Shown piece by piece: positions 58,350-64,000 of a stretch of DNA of 64,000 nt. The position numbers and the translations under genes were made by a program. Under the pieces are notes generated by a model, which worked only from the letters and a program-made list of their open reading frames with translations, was not told the origin of the DNA and searched no databases. The stretch spans positions 32,001 through 96,000 of IMG/VR virus record IMGVR_UViG_3300031998_000031. One strand, written 5' to 3'. The stretch is from a virus. Its lineage: Duplodnaviria; Caudoviricetes. The first letter of the stretch is position 1; each line of letters opens with the position of its first letter.

Positions 58350-58462
58350 ACGGGGTTGCAGAGCAAATGTACGTCCGACCCAGTGCGCCCAGCTTGTTAA
58401 GCTGGATACGCAGGCCAATAGGATGTGATGTGTGGTTAGCGGTGAATCCTTAAACCGCCCGT

Positions 58463-58538
58463 GCTGGGATAGCTCAGTCGGCAGAGCATCTGCCTCGTAA
58501 GCAGGAGGTCAAGGGTTCAAACCCCTTTCCCAGCTCCA
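58463..58538 (+). tRNA. tRNA-Thr (CGT)
   Basis: GCTGGGA/TCCCAGC; loop CTCGTAA; CCA. Confidence 0.9.
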
Positions 58539-58541
58539 TAT

Positions 58542-58678
58542 GATACCGTGGCGGAATATGTAGACGCATTCACGAGGCGACGTAAGACGGTAAGAGGTGC
58601 TGCCCTACCTATGGACGCATAGGTCGTGTCAACCGATGAGTAGCTGAGCTATGCAGGGTGAAAATCCCTGCCGGTATC
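58542..58678 (+). ncRNA. tRNA-like scaffold RNA C
   Basis: GATACCG/CGGTATC, GCGGAATATGTAGACGC, GCAGGG-TGAAAAT-CCCTGC; 85-nt insert. Confidence 0.7.
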
Positions 58679-58685
58679 AAGATTT

Positions 58686-58776
58686 GCGGAATTAAGCCTA
58701 ACTGGTAAGGCAGCGGTTTGCTAAACCGTGAGTAGGGTGAAAGCCCGTGCAGGTTCAAGTCCTGCATTCCGCGCCA
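58686..58776 (+). tRNA. tRNA-Ser (GCT)
   Basis: GCGGAAT/ATTCCGC; loop TTGCTAA; long variable arm; G discriminator; CCA. Confidence 0.9.
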
Positions 58777-58780
58777 ACAT

Positions 58781-58864
58781 GGGAGAGTGCGCTTAATTGG
58801 TGATAGCAGCGGACTGTAAATCCGTGACATTGAAACGTTGGTGGTTCGAGTCCTGCTTGCATTA
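58781..58864 (+). pseudogene. second tRNA-Tyr (GTA) with the same foreign 3' end
   Basis: GCGGA-CTGTAAA-TCCGT; 3' CCTGCTTGCATTAC as in the first copy. Confidence 0.65.
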
Positions 58865-58875
58865 CTTAGTAAATA

Positions 58876-59054
58876 ACTGCGGTGGCGGAATAGGTAGACG
58901 CTATGAAGAATACAGGTAGACAGGTCCTTCGGTTCGAATCCGGCGCGGTGCTTGCGAAGTGGCTAATCGCATAGAGGGCGAAGTAGCCCATAGCGCAGTG
59001 GTTTTATGTCAGGGAATAGGCTTGTTATGCGTGGTGCAAATCCACGTCCGCAGT
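58876..59054 (+). ncRNA. tRNA-like scaffold RNA D
   Basis: ACTGCGG/CCGCAGT, GCGGAATAGGTAGACGC, GCGTGG-TGCAAAT-CCACGT; 127-nt insert. Confidence 0.7.
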
Positions 59055-59062
59055 TATGAAAT

Positions 59063-59152
59063 GCAGAAGTGACCCGAACGGTAAGGGGCCCGTCTCGAAA
59101 ACGGAGTGTAAGGTGAAAGCCTGTGGGGGTTCGATTCCCTCCTTCTGCGCCA
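59063..59152 (+). tRNA. tRNA-Ser (CGA)
   Basis: GCAGAAG/CTTCTGC; loop CTCGAAA; long variable arm; CCA. Confidence 0.9.
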
Positions 59153-59156
59153 ATAT

Positions 59157-59232
59157 GGGACATTAGCTCAGTTGGCAGAGCAATCGGCTGTTAACCGATG
59201 GGTCGTAGGTTCGAGTCCTACATGTCCCGCCA
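59157..59232 (+). tRNA. tRNA-Asn (GTT)
   Basis: GGGACAT/ATGTCCC; loop CTGTTAA; CCA. Confidence 0.95.
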
Positions 59233-59400
59233 CGCTGAATTAATAGTAGGCGGCCAAAGAAAAAGTGTATGAATAAAAATAGGCCATAATAGGCCAGTTA
59301 GGGCAGGAAGGGATGGAGTTTACTTTTTCAACCCGGCTTAATAGAGCTTTTTCGAGACAAAGTCTCACCTGACCCATTTTGTTATTAGTAGGAGGAAACG

Positions 59401-59652
59401 ATGGAAGAAGTTAAAAGAGCAACTAATATGTACGAGGTTGCAACAGACAACAGCATTAAGCTTGCAAACATAAAAACAATGCTTGGCGCGATATGCTTTT
59501 TTATGGAGGGGACCACGCCTGAGGATGACGATTCAGTTTATTCATCATCCTTTAAGGACCTGTTAGCGGGCCAACAGAGCGACATACGCTGCATCGAAGA
59601 GCGAGTGACCCATCTCTGTGCTGAGCTTGGGGTGGCTATGAATCATAAATAG
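59401..59652 (+). CDS. hypothetical protein
   Basis: AGGAGG RBS. Confidence 0.7.
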   Translation: MEEVKRATNMYEVATDNSIKLANIKTMLGAICFFMEGTTPEDDDSVYSSSFKDLLAGQQSDIRCIEERVTHLCAELGVAMNHK

Positions 59653-59693
59653 CTCGTAAAAACGAGCAAACGCGTTTTGAGGGGGTGATTTAA

Positions 59694-59831
59694 GTGAGCG
59701 CTTATAGCGACTGGAAGTATGGGTGCATATCTGATTCTGAATATCGTCACGACTGCTGGGCCGAGGACATGAGAGATAGGTCCGTCGGTTGCTCTGAGGA
59801 CGTTGAGAGCGAGGAAGACGATGGATATTAA
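59694..59831 (+). CDS. small hypothetical protein (45 aa; not in ORF track)
   Basis: GGGGGTG RBS, GTG start, MSAYSDWKYG. Confidence 0.5.
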   Translation: MSAYSDWKYGCISDSEYRHDCWAEDMRDRSVGCSEDVESEEDDGY

Positions 59832-60150
59832 GTTTCAGATTAAGGTCCCAGCAAAAGGCGATAGATACCGGGAAGAGGTACTGGAGCATGTCGAGTCAAA
59901 CGCCAAGTTTCAACTCTTATCTCAGATGGTCGACTCTATCACTGAAAACGAGACGTTTGTTTTCAAAATAAGCCATGATGAGAGGCCCTGCTGGGATACT
60001 TATGATGCGCTGGTTACATATCAAATCTTTTGCGAAAGCCTGAGTGATTATCGAATGAACCTTGAACGTTCTAAACCGCCGGAGCCTAAAGTCAGCGTTA
60101 TGGGGCGTATAGCCAAGGCTGTCAATTATATCTTTACTGGTCAAATGTGA
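59821..60150 (+). CDS. hypothetical protein
   Basis: ORF with GAGG RBS. Confidence 0.65.
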   Translation: MDIKFQIKVPAKGDRYREEVLEHVESNAKFQLLSQMVDSITENETFVFKISHDERPCWDTYDALVTYQIFCESLSDYRMNLERSKPPEPKVSVMGRIAKAVNYIFTGQM

Positions 60151-60262
60151 TAAAAGCTACGCGGTGCGAGCAGACAATGGAATCACTATGCCTATAGTGC
60201 TGTAGATGCTTGGAATATGAGGGCCCAGATGCAGGATGTCTAAATGATGGGAGGTTGAACAA

Positions 60263-60556
60263 ATGGTGATTCCGACATGCATAAATATTTGCGGTGTCCC
60301 GCATAGAGTTATTTTAAAAAAGGACCATTTCAGTGCGGACGCACATTTCGGCGAGATTGATTATACAAATGCGGTCATTACTATAAACGAGGACATGCCA
60401 CCGGAAATGCAATCTGCGACGATATGTCACGAATGGCTCCATGGAGCACTGGTCATGCTTGGCTATGATGACCTGACTTCCGATGAGAAGTTCGTGAGCG
60501 CCTTGGCTGCGGCGATAAACGCCACATTTATGTTTAAGATTGGAAGGACTGAATGA
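60263..60556 (+). CDS. small HExxH metallopeptidase-like protein
   Basis: GEIDY....I.I, TICHEWLHG, DEKFV. Confidence 0.7.
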   Translation: MVIPTCINICGVPHRVILKKDHFSADAHFGEIDYTNAVITINEDMPPEMQSATICHEWLHGALVMLGYDDLTSDEKFVSALAAAINATFMFKIGRTE

Positions 60557-60557
60557 G

Positions 60558-60908
60558 ATGGATAATGTTACATTCTTAAAAGAGCTGGGCCGGATGTGTA
60601 AATCTTATCCTCGCTGTTACGGTTGCGATTTATTCGAACTTGGATGTACCTTAGGAAATGTCGCGGAAAACGCTAACAAGGCTGACAAGATTGTAGCAAT
60701 AGTCGAGCAATGGAGTAAAGAACATCCGATACAGACCAACAGGCAGATGATTTACAACACAATCAGCGGAGCGTCAAAAAGGTTTTGTCTGCTTCATGGA
60801 ATATTTTGTACTAATGCCAATTCAAATGGGTTTTGTGAAGTAACTGCTTGCACAAAGCGAACGGATGAAACTGTCACGATAGTCTGCGAAGTGCCGAATG
60901 AGGACTAA
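60558..60908 (+). CDS. Cys-rich hypothetical protein
   Basis: RMC...C..C; IVEQWSKEHP. Confidence 0.65.
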   Translation: MDNVTFLKELGRMCKSYPRCYGCDLFELGCTLGNVAENANKADKIVAIVEQWSKEHPIQTNRQMIYNTISGASKRFCLLHGIFCTNANSNGFCEVTACTKRTDETVTIVCEVPNED

Positions 60909-60910
60909 TT

Positions 60911-61195
60911 ATGGGGAAAAAAAGAGTTTACGAAACAGAGGCGGAATACGCTGCATACCGTGCAGGCTATCACGCAGGAGTGAGAAGCCGCAGCAGGAAC
61001 CTCCGGGATGCAAGGACGGATTTAAACATAGCAGTAGCTTGTATAAGAGGCGTCTCTGCATCATGTAATGAGTTGGCCATTAAACAACTTGATTGGTGTG
61101 TTGAGCTTATATCCGATGTGGCGGAGAAAATCTATAGTGAGTCTCAGGGCGAATCAGCAGAAGGATGCGACGCGCCGGAGGGGGGAACAAAATGA
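60911..61195 (+). CDS. hypothetical protein
   Basis: ORF in operon. Confidence 0.65.
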   Translation: MGKKRVYETEAEYAAYRAGYHAGVRSRSRNLRDARTDLNIAVACIRGVSASCNELAIKQLDWCVELISDVAEKIYSESQGESAEGCDAPEGGTK

Positions 61196-61470
61196 AGGAA
61201 TTTAAGGCTGGACAATATGTGAGCGTCGTGGAGCGCGACGAAGATAACATCCCTTATGATGCGAGTACCTATATCCTTATTGCTCAAGTGAACAACTATG
61301 CGATTTGCTCGCCTCTGATAAACGGTCTGGATGACCTTGACTACATACTTGACTACTACGTGAGCGTGAGCGCGAACAACTGCTTCACAGACATTGTAAT
61401 CTTTGATGTGGATGATGTCTTCGATTCCTATGAGGAAGCCGCCGCTCAACTTCCGGGCGATGCCGATTAG
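61192..61470 (+). CDS. hypothetical protein
   Basis: GGAGGGG RBS before MKEFKAG. Confidence 0.65.
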   Translation: MKEFKAGQYVSVVERDEDNIPYDASTYILIAQVNNYAICSPLINGLDDLDYILDYYVSVSANNCFTDIVIFDVDDVFDSYEEAAAQLPGDAD

Positions 61471-61483
61471 CAGGAGGTAGACC

Positions 61484-61855
61484 ATGAAGAGTTTAGAGCG
61501 CTATATTCAGGATATAAATGATGAGATTGATGTAATTCATGCTAAAAATGCGCAGATTGCTTCAAATTCCAGAAGCATCGACCATGCTCTTGACTATATC
61601 ATTAGGGTGAAGCTCGAAAGACTCGAACGCGTCGTTTCCGAAATGCCGGAACCTGCACGCTGGATTGATAACGGCAAATTCCTCCCGACGTGCTCAAACT
61701 GCCTGAATGGCGCTCTTATCTATGAATGGGGAGAGCTTGTGGGGTGCAGCGACCCGTCTGGCGAAACTGGCGGGCATTACGAGGAATATTCTAAGCCGTT
61801 GTGGTCGAAATACTGTCCGTATTGTGGCGCAAAGATGACCAACGCGGAGGAATAA
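61484..61855 (+). CDS. zinc-ribbon hypothetical protein
   Basis: CSNC...YCPYCGAKM. Confidence 0.7.
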   Translation: MKSLERYIQDINDEIDVIHAKNAQIASNSRSIDHALDYIIRVKLERLERVVSEMPEPARWIDNGKFLPTCSNCLNGALIYEWGELVGCSDPSGETGGHYEEYSKPLWSKYCPYCGAKMTNAEE

Positions 61856-62122
61856 ATGAGCGTATTCATTAATGACGAAGTTTATATCTGCTCAATAGCA
61901 AGTGTTGGAGATATGCATTGCATCCAGTTGTTTTTAAACATTCCCGTATTAGTTAGCTCACGTTGGGTGCCGTCGGTACAATCCCCTCACGGGCTTGAAT
62001 CGTGGTGGATTTGGGGAAGCACAGGCCGAACGGGGGATGTGAAATATGTCGAATTACATCACCTTCTGGCTGCGCCAACAGTAATAGATGCTGAGAGCGG
62101 AGCGAAGATAAAGAGGGAGTGA
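61856..62122 (+). CDS. hypothetical protein
   Basis: GGAGG RBS. Confidence 0.55.
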   Translation: MSVFINDEVYICSIASVGDMHCIQLFLNIPVLVSSRWVPSVQSPHGLESWWIWGSTGRTGDVKYVELHHLLAAPTVIDAESGAKIKRE

Positions 62123-62125
62123 CAT

Positions 62126-62413
62126 ATGCAAAGCGCGACAGTCAAACCCACTAAGCATATTTATGGAACATTCAATGCGAGAATGCAAACGACAGAGGCT
62201 GTGGTAGTTTGTTCCATTACCGGCCCGTGCACGTACCCGTGCACGCATATGTACGGGTCCGAGATTGAACCGATAAAAACATCCGCGAGGTGTTTCTTCT
62301 GTGATGCCGAAATCCCGGAAAGCAGAATCGAGATGTTATTCCCGATGTGTGATACATGCGCTCTTAAGTTGCGCAAGCTGATAAGTACCGTTAAGCTTGA
62401 TGGGGGTAAATAG
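62126..62413 (+). CDS. Cys-rich hypothetical protein
   Basis: CFFC...CDTC. Confidence 0.6.
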   Translation: MQSATVKPTKHIYGTFNARMQTTEAVVVCSITGPCTYPCTHMYGSEIEPIKTSARCFFCDAEIPESRIEMLFPMCDTCALKLRKLISTVKLDGGK

Positions 62414-62416
62414 TAT

Positions 62417-62599
62417 ATGCATGACAACATCATAGATATAGATGCCTTGAAACCCCACAAAGTCTCAGAGGTGATATGCGTAAAGTGCGGTTATAGGTGG
62501 ATAGCTGTAAGGCCCGTGGGAGTATTGCTTAAAGAGCTTGAGTGCGAAAGATGCGGGCAAGGTTTTGTGATAGAGACCGGTGAGGAGATTGAAATGTAG
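62417..62599 (+). CDS. zinc-ribbon protein
   Basis: CVKC...CERC. Confidence 0.65.
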   Translation: MHDNIIDIDALKPHKVSEVICVKCGYRWIAVRPVGVLLKELECERCGQGFVIETGEEIEM

Positions 62600-62610
62600 G
62601 AGGAGTCGGC

Positions 62611-62835
62611 ATGATAGATATCATCGACGTGAAGAAAGACATTAAAAAAGGACGGCTGAAGTGTTTCCTAAAGCATGGGCTGATTTATCTCGAAAACGAT
62701 GCAGGTGCAGAGTTTGGCTCCGAGGGGGAACGAGTTGTAATTGGTAAGGCTACTGAGGATGTTCTTAAAGACAGCCTCGCGTACCTCAAGAATTCAAAGC
62801 GCTTTAAAGATTTACTCGGTACGGTGAGTGATTGA
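62611..62835 (+). CDS. hypothetical protein
   Basis: AGGAGG RBS. Confidence 0.65.
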   Translation: MIDIIDVKKDIKKGRLKCFLKHGLIYLENDAGAEFGSEGERVVIGKATEDVLKDSLAYLKNSKRFKDLLGTVSD

Positions 62836-63103
62836 TATGGCAAGGCATGACCTTTTGACGATAAGTGAAACACCGGGCTTTTGCCGATGGCTAAAGGAAA
62901 AGGGATTTGTAATTGACCTCCGGACCCACCATCCTATTTTGTTTATCGCAAGAAATCCGAAGACGAAGGTTTTTGTTAAGGCATACTATAACAGCCACTA
63001 TCCATCCGCCGCGTCCATAGAGAACAAAGATGAGGAGATAGTAAGGGAATATCTGAGGGAAATGAATTCTGCCCCGTCTGTTGTGCCGCAAAGCGGATTG
63101 TGA
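62828..63103 (+). CDS. hypothetical protein
   Basis: ORF in operon. Confidence 0.55.
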   Translation: MIDMARHDLLTISETPGFCRWLKEKGFVIDLRTHHPILFIARNPKTKVFVKAYYNSHYPSAASIENKDEEIVREYLREMNSAPSVVPQSGL

Positions 63104-63135
63104 TATAATCTTCAGAATAACGGAGGTTTTTAATA

Positions 63136-63921
63136 ATGGACATGACAATAGCGCTAAAGGCGCTGCTGGATAACTACCACGTATCATACAAGGAGATTGC
63201 TAAACGGATGGGAATCGGCGCTGCTGCCGTAAGCAAGGATTGCCGTTCGGCGGGCATAAATATAAAGCTGTTCTGCAAACTAATAAATGCAGCCGGGATA
63301 GGCCTGAAAATTACATCTGCGGACGGAAATTTCATATCGCAGCTGGAATATGAGGACGATTACCCTGAGCACGAGCTCAAGCTTTTGCTTGAGACTATGG
63401 AAAACGGTAATGTTAGATGGCTTGCAAGACAGATGGGCGTAGATGACCAGACGCTGAGAGATTCTTTTAACCGCGAGTCGCTCAGAGCTAAAAGGTTTTT
63501 CGATGCTCTTGATGTGATTGGGGCCAAATACGAGTTTTATTCGATTAAATCAGGTTTTGGGGTTTCTCCGCTGCCGCGCTGCATATCACCGGCAAGAAAG
63601 CTTGAGATTCGCAAGAACTTTGTGAGCTACAGGGTCCGGGATAGTTATCCGTTTGCCAACTCATTCTGGGCTGGCAAGACAGAACAGATTGGGCCCTACG
63701 GAGCCGATGAGCTTTTCGCAACAGACGAAGGCGTGCTGTTCAAGGCGCACTTCGAAAACGCTACGGATGCTCCGAAGCTGTCTTTCGTCTCAGTCGACGA
63801 TGCGGTCCTGTTCACGAGAGTGTATGGCCGAATCACCACAGTAGAGACTGATGAGGCTGACCCGGAGATAGTCCGCCGGATAGATACCCTTGCGGACATC
63901 AAGCCGATAGTAAAGCCGTAA
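63136..63921 (+). CDS. tandem-HTH DNA-binding protein
   Basis: SYKEIAKRMGIG..AVS and LARQMGVDDQTL; TGnTATAAT and GGAGG upstream. Confidence 0.7.
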   Translation: MDMTIALKALLDNYHVSYKEIAKRMGIGAAAVSKDCRSAGINIKLFCKLINAAGIGLKITSADGNFISQLEYEDDYPEHELKLLLETMENGNVRWLARQMGVDDQTLRDSFNRESLRAKRFFDALDVIGAKYEFYSIKSGFGVSPLPRCISPARKLEIRKNFVSYRVRDSYPFANSFWAGKTEQIGPYGADELFATDEGVLFKAHFENATDAPKLSFVSVDDAVLFTRVYGRITTVETDEADPEIVRRIDTLADIKPIVKP

Positions 63922-63926
63922 GTTAC

Positions 63927-63952
63927 AAGCCCCTCATGCGAGGGGCTTTTTT
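63927..63952 (+). terminator. intrinsic terminator
   Basis: AAGCCCCTC-ATGC-GAGGGGCTT followed by TTT. Confidence 0.85.
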
Positions 63953-64000
63953 GTTGCAACAAATTAGAATTAAAACGATAATAATATACTATATCGCTTG

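Noticed and set aside
57877-59054. tmRNA or group I intron-containing tRNAs
   Set aside because: Inserts are too short, with no tag ORF, no G3-U70 Ala identity and no group I core; I could not reconstruct a canonical anticodon arm by removing a segment
1-64000. Prophage boundaries/lysogeny module
   Set aside because: No integrase, att site or host genes are visible; lifestyle cannot be determined from this window

Overview
A 64-kb segment of a tailed dsDNA phage genome. The gene set points to a contractile-tailed myovirus, and the AGGAGG RBSs and CHAP endolysin suggest a Bacillota/Clostridia host. Essentially all genes are on the + strand. Order: (i) head and tail module (DUF2213 protease/scaffold, cement, DUF2184 capsid, neck, sheath, tube, chaperone with a -1 frameshift, tape measure, baseplate), interrupted by a 570-bp non-coding block of 11-bp iteron-like repeats; (ii) tail fibres, then a ~14-kb tandem array of modular BspA-type leucine-rich-repeat genes ending in a GT2 glycosyltransferase; (iii) a cassette of uncharacterised genes (HTH, CCCE protein, BclA-CTD-like), a zincin toxin/immunity-like pair and the lysis genes; (iv) many small early genes behind a five-copy sigma-A-type promoter, including dUTPase; (v) an RNA island with rtcB, 7 intact and 3 chimeric tRNAs, and four tRNA-shaped RNAs. 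Those four are the most notable observation: they share a fixed acceptor/D/T scaffold (7+6 bp, TG[CA]AAAT T-loop, no CCA) but carry unrelated 49-127-nt structured inserts instead of an anticodon arm. Family assignments come from motif recognition and synteny only; no searches were run.
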